A DNA stretch of 64,000 nt from Patescibacteria group bacterium (GTDB taxonomy: Bacteria; Patescibacteriota; WWE3; UBA101185; UBA10185): assembly GCA_041658075.1 (NCBI GenBank), contig JBBAAW010000002.1:602-64601 (forward strand), given 5' to 3'. Shown piece after piece: positions 47,927-58,139 of this stretch; within the stretch, counting starts at the first letter, position 1, and each line of letters starts with the position of its first letter. Both the position numbers and the translations under genes were made by a program. Under the pieces are notes generated by a model. The model saw only the letters and a program-made list of their open reading frames with translations, was not told where the DNA came from and did not search any database.

Positions 47927-48601
47927 TTACTCCTCCTCCGTTCCATCAATTTTCTTTTCGACCAGTAATTGCGCTCTTAATTCCTCCAAGTGGACTTTAA
48001 CTGTATTGCGGTAATAATCTCTAATGGTATCCGCTTTTTGTTTCACAGCCAACCATTGATCCTTGGCCTCTTTTAATTTAGGCAAGAATTGACCCTCATA
48101 ATTTGCGCACGGTATAATTTTTGCACCCTCCAGCAAATCTAAAAACTCTACGTACGCAGTTTTGTAGTCGCTAACCAAAGAGGTAAGCGCCACCAAATCC
48201 AACTCCAGATTACTAACATCCAAGCCTTTGCCTTTGTAAAATTCTATTCTCTTTTCCAAAACCTTTAAACCTTTATCCATATTCTCCACCCGATCCGTCC
48301 TTCTTGCGTAATATTTATTCCATCTTTCATTCACCCGATCCTGCGTGTTTTTGCAGATCTTATCGCGCCTTTCTTTTATTGCATTGGTACGCTCTTCAAG
48401 GTCAATCGGAAGATTCTCTCCTCCCTTAAGTTTTTCTCTCAGCCTATGTGTCTGTTCTGCCCATCTATCTATAGTTGCTGTAACTTTTTTTACCGCGGCG
48501 CTCCCTATAGCGGTTCCTTGTCTATCTACAGCGTACGTGGTCTGAGAGATAAAAACTAAAATCGATAAAGCTGGAATTATTGATAAATATTTTTTATTCA
48601 T
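47927..48601 (-). CDS. hypothetical secreted coiled-coil protein
   Basis: Signal peptide, then a charged heptad-like sequence. Confidence 0.4.
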   Translation of the reverse strand: MNKKYLSIIPALSILVFISQTTYAVDRQGTAIGSAAVKKVTATIDRWAEQTHRLREKLKGGENLPIDLEERTNAIKERRDKICKNTQDRVNERWNKYYARRTDRVENMDKGLKVLEKRIEFYKGKGLDVSNLELDLVALTSLVSDYKTAYVEFLDLLEGAKIIPCANYEGQFLPKLKEAKDQWLAVKQKADTIRDYYRNTVKVHLEELRAQLLVEKKIDGTEEE

Positions 48602-48852
48602 ACTTAATATAGTACGACTTTTTATATGTAAGTCAAATTAAGTCTCTTACATTATTCCCGCAAACCATTATTTAATTTGTGAAGATACTACCTAAAACTC
48701 TATTGTCGTGCTTTAATACTTGGTGTGAACGAAATGCAAAATAACCCCCAACCTTTAAAAGATTTAGTTTTTAAGGGCGCTTTTTTTGTAATTTTGGTTT
48801 ATCTTTTGGTACTTGCTTACAACACGGGGGTTTTTAGTCGACTTTTTAATCG

Positions 48853-49638
48853 ATGACAATTATTCAAACACTTATTCTTTCTATAGTTGAGGGGTTAACG
48901 GAATTTTTGCCAGTTTCGTCAACCGCGCATTTAGTTTTAGCGTTGCAAATTTTAGGCGTAGCGCAAACGGATTTTGTAAAAAGTTTTGAGGTAATTATCC
49001 AACTAGGCGCAATTCTTGCCGTAGTGGTGCTATATTTTAAGGAACTCGTTAAAAATGTAGGACTCTGGTTTAAGATAATTATAGCCTTTCTGCCCTCCGC
49101 AATCTTGGGTTTTTTGCTGTATGACTTTATAAAGATGCGACTATTGGGAAACGGGCTTGTTACAGCGTTAGCTCTTATCGTTGGCGGTGTTGTTTTTATA
49201 TTTATCGATAAAATTAAGTCTGCGCCTCAAAAAATCCCCAACCGACAGGTTGGCTTTAACGAGATTTCAACCGTGAGGCTTTTAGCCATAGGCTTGTCAC
49301 AAAGCTTAGCTATGATCCCAGGGGTTTCCAGATCGGCGGCAAGCATTTTTGGCGGAATGCTTACAGGCTTAAACAAAAACGATGCTGTTAAGTTTTCCTT
49401 TTTTTTAGCCATCCCCACAATGCTTGCCGCCACAACCCTCGATTTGTACAAATCGAGCTTTAGCTTCTCCAAAAGCGAAATTTTGCTGCTGTCGTTTGGG
49501 TTCATCGGAGCCTTTTTAACAGCCGTTGTAGCCATTAAGTCATTTATAAAATTCGTTCAAAAACATACCTTTTTGCCATTTGGAATTTACAGAATCGCCG
49601 TTGGGCTTTTTTGGCTTCTTGCTATAATCAAACTATGA
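48853..49638 (+). CDS. uppP: undecaprenyl-diphosphate phosphatase
   Basis: LSIVEGLTEFLPVSSTAHLVLA and downstream BacA/UppP motifs. Length is 261 aa with about 8 TM. Confidence 0.9.
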   Translation: MTIIQTLILSIVEGLTEFLPVSSTAHLVLALQILGVAQTDFVKSFEVIIQLGAILAVVVLYFKELVKNVGLWFKIIIAFLPSAILGFLLYDFIKMRLLGNGLVTALALIVGGVVFIFIDKIKSAPQKIPNRQVGFNEISTVRLLAIGLSQSLAMIPGVSRSAASIFGGMLTGLNKNDAVKFSFFLAIPTMLAATTLDLYKSSFSFSKSEILLLSFGFIGAFLTAVVAIKSFIKFVQKHTFLPFGIYRIAVGLFWLLAIIKL

Positions 49639-49904
49639 AAGTCTTAAAATTTGGCGCAGTCTGGTGCTCTGGTTGTTTAGTTATGAAACCCAGATGGAGA
49701 GAAATCGAGGCAGAAAATCCTTGGCTGGAAACCCGCTATTTTGAGTATGACAATTCGCAGGAGATGGTTAACAAATGGAAAGTGGGAAAGCATTTACCTG
49801 TTTTCATCTTTTTAGACAAGAACAACAACGAAATCACCCGTTTAACCGGCGAACCCTTCAAAGTCGAGCTACTTAAGATAATTAACGAACACAAAGATAA
49901 TTAA
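49635..49904 (+). CDS. thioredoxin-like small protein
   Basis: FGAVWCSGC (CxxC). The start overlaps the uppP stop (ATGA). Confidence 0.6.
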   Translation: MKVLKFGAVWCSGCLVMKPRWREIEAENPWLETRYFEYDNSQEMVNKWKVGKHLPVFIFLDKNNNEITRLTGEPFKVELLKIINEHKDN

Positions 49905-49923
49905 ATTCGTGTAAAATAGATCG

Positions 49924-51135
49924 ATGCGCTTCCACAAATCACTTTTTATTTTATCGATCCTTTTTATTTTGACGGGCTTTTTTCTAACATCGTCGACAAA
50001 GCCGGTCCACGCACAGGAAAATAACGTGACACTCTACTTCTTTTGGGGAAACGGATGCCCACACTGCGCAGCAGAAGAAAAATTTCTTAAAACAATCGAA
50101 AAAGAATTCCCAACCCTGACTATTAGAAAATTTGAAGTTTGGGGAAGCGCAAAAAACCGTGAGATCTTTAAGAATGTTGGACAGAAATTGGGCGCGGACG
50201 TTAAGGGCGTACCTTTTACTGTGGTTGGAGATAAATATATAGGAGGTTATTATACAGACGACACCACAGGAGCAGAGATTCGCAGTTATATAAAGTCGTG
50301 CCTGCAAAACGAATGTGTGGATGTAGTGTCAAACTTGGCCCCTCTTCCACCGGAAAAAAAATCCGATGTTCCAAAAGAAAACCCCTGGAAAGACGTCAAT
50401 TTCCCAATCATCGGAAAAATTAATTTAACCACCCTCTCCCTGCCAATTATTACCGTGGTTATAGGGACTTTAGATGGATTTAACCCTTGCGCCATGTGGG
50501 TTTTGCTCTTCCTGATAAGTCTTTTGTTAAATTTGCAGGATAAAAAAAGGCGCTGGTTTCTAGGATCGACTTTTATTATCGCATCAGGTTTAGTTTATTT
50601 CTTTTTCATGTCAGCCTGGCTTAACATTCTTCTCTTCATTGGATTCGTAGTTTGGGTGCGATTGGCTATTGCCGTTTTTGCTCTTGGTGCAGGGGCTTTT
50701 AGTTTAAACAAATATTGGCAACATCGTACCGGATGTGTTGTGGAGGATGATGAAAAACGTAAAAAAACTTTTGATAAACTAAAAAAAATAACTTACGACA
50801 AAAACTTACTAATAGCACTTTTTGGAATTATTGCCTTAGCTTTTGCGGTAAATTTGGTGGAGCTTTTATGTTCAGCAGGATTTCCGGCAATGTTCACGCA
50901 GATTTTGGCCTTAAATCAACTTCCTTCTATTCAATACTACCTTTACATTTTGCTCTATATTTTCTTTTTTATGCTGGACGACATAATCATCTTTGTTATT
51001 GCCATGAAAACTTTGGAGGCCACGGGGATTTCCACTAAATATGCCAGATACTCGCATCTAATTGGCGGGCTTTTAATGGTTATCATTGGCGCGCTGCTGA
51101 TTGTTAAACCTGAGTACTTAATGTTCAACTTTTAG
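49924..51135 (+). CDS. thioredoxin-domain fused to CcdA/DsbD-like transmembrane thiol-disulfide transporter
   Basis: Signal, then an FWGNGCPHCA thioredoxin motif, then a 6-TM domain with GFNPCAMW and ELLCSAGFP Cys-containing helices as in CcdA/DsbD. Confidence 0.5.
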   Translation: MRFHKSLFILSILFILTGFFLTSSTKPVHAQENNVTLYFFWGNGCPHCAAEEKFLKTIEKEFPTLTIRKFEVWGSAKNREIFKNVGQKLGADVKGVPFTVVGDKYIGGYYTDDTTGAEIRSYIKSCLQNECVDVVSNLAPLPPEKKSDVPKENPWKDVNFPIIGKINLTTLSLPIITVVIGTLDGFNPCAMWVLLFLISLLLNLQDKKRRWFLGSTFIIASGLVYFFFMSAWLNILLFIGFVVWVRLAIAVFALGAGAFSLNKYWQHRTGCVVEDDEKRKKTFDKLKKITYDKNLLIALFGIIALAFAVNLVELLCSAGFPAMFTQILALNQLPSIQYYLYILLYIFFFMLDDIIIFVIAMKTLEATGISTKYARYSHLIGGLLMVIIGALLIVKPEYLMFNF

Positions 51136-51137
51136 AA

Positions 51138-51785
51138 CTACTCTAAGTAGTTTTCAACCTTAACTTTGGCTTGCAACTCGGTGAACCATCTGTTTATCTC
51201 CTCGCCAAGTTTTTGCTCTGTTAGGACTTTTTTAGCGGAAACACGCTTTTCTGCATCCGTTGTACCTTCTAAAGCCGCTCCAGCTGATTTCACATACGCA
51301 TCAATATCCGCGTCGGCGATTACAACCTTGCCGCTTAAAAGCTTTTTCATACCCACTTGCAAGGAAATGTCTTTTCTAAAATCGCTTAAGGTTCTTCCCT
51401 GTTGCTGCAATAGAGTTTCTAAGCTTTGCCCAACCAACTGTTTTTCAATAATAGCGATTTCCGCATTAACCTCCTCCTCGGAGACAGTAATTCCAGCTTT
51501 CTTTAGCTCACCTCTAACAATATAGATGTCAATCAATTCGCTTGCTGCGTTCTTGCCGTACCGCGACTTAAGTATCTTTTCCCACTCTTCTCTAGAAATC
51601 CCCACTCCGTTGACCTTAGCTACATACAAAAGCTTGTTAACAGGTGTTAAAATACCCTTATATCCACCGGAAACAAAGCCTTTTATATTAGAAAAAAAGT
51701 AACCCACCAATATTCCCAAAGGAATAATTAGCAAAAATACTGTTGGGCCAAGTTTTATTTTGGGTAACTTCATAATTGTGTTCAT
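51138..51785 (-). CDS. SurA N-terminal-domain-like periplasmic chaperone
   Basis: TM anchor plus a helical domain resembling the SurA/PpiD N-terminal chaperone module. There is no PPIase domain. Confidence 0.4.
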   Translation of the reverse strand: MNTIMKLPKIKLGPTVFLLIIPLGILVGYFFSNIKGFVSGGYKGILTPVNKLLYVAKVNGVGISREEWEKILKSRYGKNAASELIDIYIVRGELKKAGITVSEEEVNAEIAIIEKQLVGQSLETLLQQQGRTLSDFRKDISLQVGMKKLLSGKVVIADADIDAYVKSAGAALEGTTDAEKRVSAKKVLTEQKLGEEINRWFTELQAKVKVENYLE

Positions 51786-51834
51786 AAATGTAACCTTTCA
51801 TCAAAAATTTAGCAGTTGCAAGATTTTATCACAA

Positions 51835-54279
51835 CTAGTTCCAAACTTTAAATTTTTTAATAAAATGCGCTTTTAACCTGTCGACAAGACTCATGTAAAC
51901 GATCACAACAATTATTAAAAACACAAAATACTGAGGACTTAATACACCAAATCCAAATGAAGTTCGTATGGGAGATATTGTCAAAAGCAATGCCGTAACC
52001 AACACCGCAATAGATGAGATTATTAATGGTTTGGAAGGTCTAGACTTAAAGAAAGGGAACTTAGCTGTTCGTATTACAAAAATTACTAAAGTTTGAGTTA
52101 CAAGCGATTCTAAAAACCAACCCGCTTGAAATTGACCAGATGTTGCCCTAAAAATCCACATTAAACTGAAAAAAGTTATAAAGTCAAAAAGAGAACTAAT
52201 TGGCCCAAAAAAGATCATATACTTTCTAATAAAACCAATGTCCCAATGGCGTGGTTTTACAAGTGACTCTTTATCTACATTGTCGGTGGGAATCGTGAGT
52301 TGGGAAAAATCATAGAGCGTGTTGTTTAAAAGAATTTGCACCGGTGTCATAGGCAAAAACGGTAGAAAGAATGACGCAAAAGCTGCTGAAAACATATTAC
52401 CAAAATTGGAACTTGTTCCCATTAAAATATATTTAACTGTGTTATTAAAAATTCTACGACCCTCCATTACACCCTCCGCCACCACATCCAATCCTTTTAC
52501 CATTAAAACTACGCTAGCAGACTCTTTTGCCACGTCAGCACCTCCGTTCACACTTATCCCCACATCAGCCGTATGCAGAGCAGGCGCATCATTTATCCCG
52601 TCGCCTAAAAAACCCACCGCGTGACCCGCAACCTGCAAAGCCTTAATTATATCCAATTTATTCTCCGGTGTTACTCTGGCAAAAATATTGTTTTTAGACA
52701 CCGCACTCCCAAACTCCGCTGGCGACAACTTATCCAGCTGCTCACCTAAAATTACACCTTTTACTCCAAGCCCAACCTCCGCACACACTTTAAGCGCTAC
52801 AATTTCGTTGTCGCCCGTTAATAATTTTAGGTCAATGTTTAACTTCTCAAGTCGCTCCACTGACTTTTTAGCATCCTTTTTAGGAGCATCGGAAAAAACC
52901 AAAATTCCGTACATAGTTAAATCTGTTGCCTCGTCCCACTGATACTCCTTACGCTCTTTTTGCAGAATCTTTCCCGCCAGTGCTACCACCCTAAAACCTC
53001 GCATACTTAACTCATCAACCCTTTTTTGCATAAATTTAATGTCGACACTGGAGGAACACATTTTTACCACATCGTTAAAAACACCCTTAACTAAAAAGTG
53101 AATTTCGCTCTCAAACTTAACCACGTTAAAGGATGCTTTTTTGTTGTAATCAAAAGATTCTGTATCCAAATAATTAATAACACCTAAGCTTTTTGTTACA
53201 CCAATTTTTTCTGACGCGTTAATAATAGCGCGATCAATTGAGTTTATAGCTACACCCATATGCAGGACTTTAGGTGTACTCAAAAACCCTCTTTCTAAAA
53301 CCTGCCTACTCCTTTGTCCCCCAGTGTCAAGAAAATCCGTTAGTTCAATCTTGCCCTCAGTTAAAGTACCAGTTTTGTCACAACATAAAATGTCCATATT
53401 CCCTAAATTTTCCACCGCTACCAACTGCTTAACCACCACATGCTTTTTAGATAATTTCCCAGCGCCGTGTGACAAACTTAAAGTAACCACCACAGGTAAA
53501 AGCTCGGGCGTTAAACCAACTGCGATAGCTAAGGCAAACATTAAACTAGAAAGCATGTCTTTACCCAACGCAGAATTTACCAAAAAAATCCCCGCCGCTA
53601 AAATAAAAATCACCCGCACAAGTAAATTTCCAAAACCCCTTAAACCTAACTGAAAGGACGTTTCAGGTTTTAAGAAGTTAATGTTTTTAGCTATCTGACC
53701 ATACCTTGTCTGCCGACCAACCTTTGTAATCACACCCACCCCGTGTCCGCTTTCCACATTTGTCCCCATATAAATGGCATCATCCACCATCTTAAAAACC
53801 GGCTCGCTCTCCCCCGTTAAAACGCTTTCATTAACCTCTAAATTTTCTGCCTGTAAAACTTGAAGATCTGCCGGAATTACACTACCGGTAGAAAAGAGAA
53901 CTATATCGCCAACCGCAATTTGCGTTATTAAAAGCTCCACAACTTCACCGTCCCGCTTTACCAAAACCTTTGGCGTTATGCGTTTTAAAAGTCCGTCTAC
54001 CGTTTTTTGGGCGGAGTACTCATTCCAAAAACCCAGTCCCGAACTTACAAAAATCATGATAAAGATGTATATGGAGCTTGCTCTTTCTCCCAGAAAGAAG
54101 GACACCACAGTACATACGATTAAGATATAAACAAGGTAATTGCCTTTAAATTGTCGAACAAATATTTTAAAAGCAGATAACTTTTGTGAATCTAAAATGT
54201 TGGCGCCATACTTTTTTATATTTTCCAACGCTTGCGTGGTTGTTAAACCCACATCTTTTTGAACTTCTTGGGCAGTCAT
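51835..54279 (-). CDS. cation-transporting P-type ATPase (Ca2+/Mg2+ type II/III)
   Basis: ICCDKTGTLTEGK phosphorylation motif, TGES-like actuator motif, GDGINDAPAL hinge, and about 10 TM helices. Length is 814 aa. Confidence 0.85.
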   Translation of the reverse strand: MTAQEVQKDVGLTTTQALENIKKYGANILDSQKLSAFKIFVRQFKGNYLVYILIVCTVVSFFLGERASSIYIFIMIFVSSGLGFWNEYSAQKTVDGLLKRITPKVLVKRDGEVVELLITQIAVGDIVLFSTGSVIPADLQVLQAENLEVNESVLTGESEPVFKMVDDAIYMGTNVESGHGVGVITKVGRQTRYGQIAKNINFLKPETSFQLGLRGFGNLLVRVIFILAAGIFLVNSALGKDMLSSLMFALAIAVGLTPELLPVVVTLSLSHGAGKLSKKHVVVKQLVAVENLGNMDILCCDKTGTLTEGKIELTDFLDTGGQRSRQVLERGFLSTPKVLHMGVAINSIDRAIINASEKIGVTKSLGVINYLDTESFDYNKKASFNVVKFESEIHFLVKGVFNDVVKMCSSSVDIKFMQKRVDELSMRGFRVVALAGKILQKERKEYQWDEATDLTMYGILVFSDAPKKDAKKSVERLEKLNIDLKLLTGDNEIVALKVCAEVGLGVKGVILGEQLDKLSPAEFGSAVSKNNIFARVTPENKLDIIKALQVAGHAVGFLGDGINDAPALHTADVGISVNGGADVAKESASVVLMVKGLDVVAEGVMEGRRIFNNTVKYILMGTSSNFGNMFSAAFASFFLPFLPMTPVQILLNNTLYDFSQLTIPTDNVDKESLVKPRHWDIGFIRKYMIFFGPISSLFDFITFFSLMWIFRATSGQFQAGWFLESLVTQTLVIFVIRTAKFPFFKSRPSKPLIISSIAVLVTALLLTISPIRTSFGFGVLSPQYFVFLIIVVIVYMSLVDRLKAHFIKKFKVWN

Positions 54280-54350
54280 ACAAGAGAATTATATATTCTT
54301 GCGACTTGAAATAACAGGGCAGTTTCAATATAATGGGCGGGTTGATATGA

Positions 54351-54425
54351 GGGGGCGTAACTCAGTGGTAGAGTGACGGCCTTTTAAGCCGTTCGTCGCG
54401 GGTCCGATTCCCGCCGCCCTCACCA
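54351..54425 (+). tRNA. tRNA-Lys (anticodon TTT)
   Basis: Acceptor GGGGGCG/CGCCCTC is identical to tRNA-Lys(CTT). The anticodon loop is CTTTTAA and CCA is encoded. Confidence 0.8.
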
Positions 54426-54429
54426 GAGT

Positions 54430-54885
54430 ATGGAAGAAGACATAAAATACTTAAAACTAGCGTTGGAAAACTCTAAAAAGTCTATGGAGGAAGGAAACTT
54501 TCCAGCAGGGGCTGTGGTTGTTAAGGACGGAAAAGTTATAGCTTCGGAGGTAAGCTCGCCTTATCCAGGTCTCTTCCATGCCGATTCTAAGGCGGTCACA
54601 TCTGCTTTTAAAAAGACGGGAGTGTTAAAAGGGGCGACTCTATATATAGGTCTTCAGTCTTGCTTAATGTGTACGGGTGTCGCTTACTGGTCTGGAATAA
54701 GAAGAGTGGTTTACGCTGTTCCAAAATCATTAGTTTCTAGTGATTATTACGAAACTCCAATAGACACGATGCCACTTTTTGATACCTTTAACGATAGAAT
54801 TGAGTTTGTACATGTGCCAGAGCTTCAAGAAAAGGCTCTATCTGTAATAAGACACTGGGAAAAGGAGCATTACAACACAAAATAA
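54430..54885 (+). CDS. CDA-fold nucleoside/nucleotide deaminase with variant zinc motif (H-A-D ... S-C-x-x-C)
   Basis: GLFHADSKAV stands where HAE is expected and LQSCLMCTG where PCxxC is expected. Fold-level resemblance to the TadA/GuaD family. Confidence 0.5.
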   Translation: MEEDIKYLKLALENSKKSMEEGNFPAGAVVVKDGKVIASEVSSPYPGLFHADSKAVTSAFKKTGVLKGATLYIGLQSCLMCTGVAYWSGIRRVVYAVPKSLVSSDYYETPIDTMPLFDTFNDRIEFVHVPELQEKALSVIRHWEKEHYNTK

Positions 54886-54886
54886 T

Positions 54887-55837
54887 ATGAACCAGAATAC
54901 ATTCAGAATACAAAAGATAAAAACTCAGGTGGACATGGATGAATTCGTAGCTTTCCTAGACCTAAAAAGTCCTAAAGTAATTGTTAAACCTAATTGGGTT
55001 AGCTATCAAAAAGGAACTTATACTGACGCAAGGGTTTTAGACATGTTCCTAACAGCCGTAAAGAGACCAACAATCCTTGCTGAAAGCTACACATTTTGGA
55101 GGACTGATAAGAAAGTTAGGGGTGAGGGCGATTACTTCTCGTCCAAAGAGGCAAACCTAAAAACAGGAAAAGACCATTGGGACTTTTTCAAAAAGCAGGA
55201 TGGTATATTTCTAAATGAGACGGGTATAGGAAAGGTTCTGAAAAAGCACAACGCTGAATACTTAAATATTACTAATGAAGTCTGGGGAGGTAAAACAGCT
55301 TCTCCACACGAGGTAAAAACTATAGTTGAGTCTAAATATGCTCCCGTAAGTGCAGAAGATTTATACTCCTACATCCCAAATAAAATATATGAACTTAAAG
55401 GTTATGACATGATAAGTTTCTCAAAAGCAAAGATAGACTCGTCGTACGGAGCTTCGCTGTCTATTAAAAACTTGTTTGGATTAATACCGGACCCTACAAG
55501 GTACGAGAAATATCATGGAGGTGACACGGAGCACCTACTCACTCAAAGCATTATAGACGCTAATAAAATATATCGGTCTCTTTTTAATACAAAGTTTGTT
55601 GTGGAGGGTGTATTTGAACATTGCAGTATAAATTGGGATACGGAAATCGCTACCCCTATTTTAGACTGGGGTGTAATAATTGGAGGTAGCGATGCCTTAG
55701 AAGTTGATACGATAGCTAACAAATTACTAAAGACCAATTTTGCAGGCGCTATAAAGGACCTTTCTGAAAGATACAAACGAATAATTAACGGAAATGATAG
55801 TGTGGATATTACTAAATACAGCGAATACTTAATATAA
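54887..55837 (+). CDS. DUF362-domain protein
   Basis: KVIVKPNWVSY N-terminal motif characteristic of DUF362. Confidence 0.45.
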   Translation: MNQNTFRIQKIKTQVDMDEFVAFLDLKSPKVIVKPNWVSYQKGTYTDARVLDMFLTAVKRPTILAESYTFWRTDKKVRGEGDYFSSKEANLKTGKDHWDFFKKQDGIFLNETGIGKVLKKHNAEYLNITNEVWGGKTASPHEVKTIVESKYAPVSAEDLYSYIPNKIYELKGYDMISFSKAKIDSSYGASLSIKNLFGLIPDPTRYEKYHGGDTEHLLTQSIIDANKIYRSLFNTKFVVEGVFEHCSINWDTEIATPILDWGVIIGGSDALEVDTIANKLLKTNFAGAIKDLSERYKRIINGNDSVDITKYSEYLI

Positions 55838-55862
55838 GTATGAAAGTTCGACTTTACTCGCA

Positions 55863-56063
55863 ATGACAGAGGAACTTGGGGAATTATTGGGAAGATGGCT
55901 GGCTGAAAATCCAGGTTATAAAAAGTTGATCAAAGATACCGACCCTATCCCCGAGGAAGTAGGCGATTTGCTAAATCTTATCCTTGCTTTCTGCAATACA
56001 CAAAATTTAAACTTTGAGGAATGTGTTAGAAATACCATCAAAAAGACGTCTAAACAAGGGTGA
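55863..56063 (+). CDS. hypothetical small protein
   Basis: 66-aa ORF of uncertain status. Confidence 0.25.
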   Translation: MTEELGELLGRWLAENPGYKKLIKDTDPIPEEVGDLLNLILAFCNTQNLNFEECVRNTIKKTSKQG

Positions 56064-56067
56064 CAGT

Positions 56068-56598
56068 GTGAAGAAAATAGTTGTAGCATCAAAAAATCCG
56101 GTCAAAATACAAACTACCTTGGCGGGATTTAAGAGGATGTTTCCAAACGAAACTTTTGAAATCGAGGGAATTACCGTCAAGTCGGATGTATTAGATCAGC
56201 CGATGTCGGAAAAAGAAACCCTGGAAGGTGCAATAAATCGGGCAAATAATGCGTCGATTGCTAAATCTGATGGCGATTATTGGGTTGGAATTGAGGGCGG
56301 CATTCAAGAAACGGAAGGAGAGCTGCTAACCTTTGCGTGGATTGTTATTAAGTCAAAAGAAGGAAAATTTGGTAAGGGCAAAACCGGATCTTTTTTCTTA
56401 CCTAATAAAGTCGCGCAGTTGATAAAACAAGGAAAAGAGCTGGGAGAAGCGGACGATATTGTTTTTAACAAACAAAACTCCAAACAAGCAAATGGCGCAG
56501 TTGGAATATTAACGGGCGATATTTTAACCCGAACATCTTTTTACGAACCGGCAGTTATTCTGGCTTTAATTCCCTTTAAAATTCCCGGTCTTTACTAA
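56068..56598 (+). CDS. inosine/xanthosine triphosphatase (YjjX family non-canonical NTPase)
   Basis: KIVVASKNPVKI...EGAINRANNA...GDILTRTSFYEPAVILALIPF parallels E. coli YjjX motifs. A GTG start at 56068 is chosen, just after the upstream stop. Confidence 0.75.
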   Translation: MKKIVVASKNPVKIQTTLAGFKRMFPNETFEIEGITVKSDVLDQPMSEKETLEGAINRANNASIAKSDGDYWVGIEGGIQETEGELLTFAWIVIKSKEGKFGKGKTGSFFLPNKVAQLIKQGKELGEADDIVFNKQNSKQANGAVGILTGDILTRTSFYEPAVILALIPFKIPGLY

Positions 56599-56628
56599 TC
56601 TGGTTGTGAAAGTGTAGTATATAAACTA

Positions 56629-57267
56629 GTGAAACGATTACTTACTGTCGCATTATTAATAATTATTCCGGCTGTTCTTTTAAATCCTGTAATTAATTAC
56701 TTAAACAGACAGAGTCCTATTGACCCAAACAACATATCTTCTAACTACAACACAAAACTATTAACAGCGCAATTTCACGGAAACAAAATCTCAACTCCCC
56801 TGTATCCGGAAAACAACGTTTTAAGTTCTAAATCCAGCGACAACAAAGAAAAACGCATAGAAATTGACCTTACAAACCAAAAACTATACGCGTTTGAAGA
56901 TAACAAAAAAGTATACAGCTTTTTAGTGTCCACGGGCAAATGGGGCTTAACGCCCACCGGCGAGTTCCATATTTGGACTAAGCTGGAATACACACTCATG
57001 ACCGGCGGATCTAAGGCCTTAAACACATACTACTATCTGCCAAATGTTCCTTATACCATGTACTTTTACAGCAACAGCGTGTCAAAATTTAAGGGGTTCG
57101 GAATACATGGCGCTTACTGGCATAACAATTTTGGGCACCCCATGAGCCACGGCTGTATCAACATGAAGATTGAGGACGCAAAAGAGCTTTTTAACTGGGC
57201 CACTTCCGAACAGGAAAACGGTACGGGGACAAAAGTTGTGATATACGGAACCACGCCAAAGGACTAA
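56629..57267 (+). CDS. L,D-transpeptidase (YkuD domain)
   Basis: GFGIHGAYWHNNFGHPMSHGCINM catalytic His/Cys motif with an N-terminal anchor. Confidence 0.85.
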   Translation: MKRLLTVALLIIIPAVLLNPVINYLNRQSPIDPNNISSNYNTKLLTAQFHGNKISTPLYPENNVLSSKSSDNKEKRIEIDLTNQKLYAFEDNKKVYSFLVSTGKWGLTPTGEFHIWTKLEYTLMTGGSKALNTYYYLPNVPYTMYFYSNSVSKFKGFGIHGAYWHNNFGHPMSHGCINMKIEDAKELFNWATSEQENGTGTKVVIYGTTPKD

Positions 57268-57268
57268 C

Positions 57269-58042
57269 CTAATCCTCAACAATCTCAACCGAATTTATAA
57301 CCATAGGAGTCAGCGGACGATCGTTTTGATCAACAGGTGTTTTTCCAATCTTCTCTACCACATCCATCCCACTTGTAACCTTTCCAAAAACCGTATGCTT
57401 GGTATCTAAATAATTGTTGGCAACCAAATTTATAAAAAATTGGCTCCCATTAGTGTTTAGACCGGAATTCGCCATCGCAATAGTACCTTTACTGTTAGAG
57501 TTGGGTGCAGTTAGCTCATCAGCAAACTTATAAGCAGGACCACCAATGCCCGTACCTAAAGGGTCACCGCCTTGAATCATAAACCCATCAATCACGCGGT
57601 GGAAAATAACATCGTCATAAAAACCTAAACGAGCGAGGTAAACAAAATTGTTTACGGTTTGCGGTCGATTTTTTACATTCAATTCAATTACAATGTCGCC
57701 CAAACTGATATCCCCCGTATATATTTTTAAAGTTGCCGTGTAATTTTTGCTCGCGTCGATCATCTCCACGGGAGCTTTTACCGCAATTTTCTGCTCAACT
57801 GTCATTTTTTGGTTCTCCTTTTTATCTAAATTTGGTTCTTGGGGCAACTCTTTTTGAGCACCCTTAACATTGTCGGTTGGAATATCTGAGACGACTGGTT
57901 TGGTCGTGGTGTTATTTTGCGCTACATAAGAACTATCGCCCCCTGGTTTTCCAAAAGCTTTAATTAAAATCACTAATAGTGCTACAAACACAACCCCACC
58001 AACAAAAAGCGCAATCTGTTTTAAAGTCGACCCTTTTTCCAT
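57269..58042 (-). CDS. cyclophilin-type peptidyl-prolyl cis-trans isomerase, membrane anchored
   Basis: FHRVIDGFMIQGGDP..GTGIGGPAYKFADE cyclophilin signature. Confidence 0.85.
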   Translation of the reverse strand: MEKGSTLKQIALFVGGVVFVALLVILIKAFGKPGGDSSYVAQNNTTTKPVVSDIPTDNVKGAQKELPQEPNLDKKENQKMTVEQKIAVKAPVEMIDASKNYTATLKIYTGDISLGDIVIELNVKNRPQTVNNFVYLARLGFYDDVIFHRVIDGFMIQGGDPLGTGIGGPAYKFADELTAPNSNSKGTIAMANSGLNTNGSQFFINLVANNYLDTKHTVFGKVTSGMDVVEKIGKTPVDQNDRPLTPMVINSVEIVED

Positions 58043-58139
58043 GCCGCCTATTGTCGCATTCTAAAAAACCAAAATCCACCAAAATCGGCTGGTGTTACCC
58101 AGCCGATAATGTTTCTGCTAATGCAGAATGGTGAGGAGA

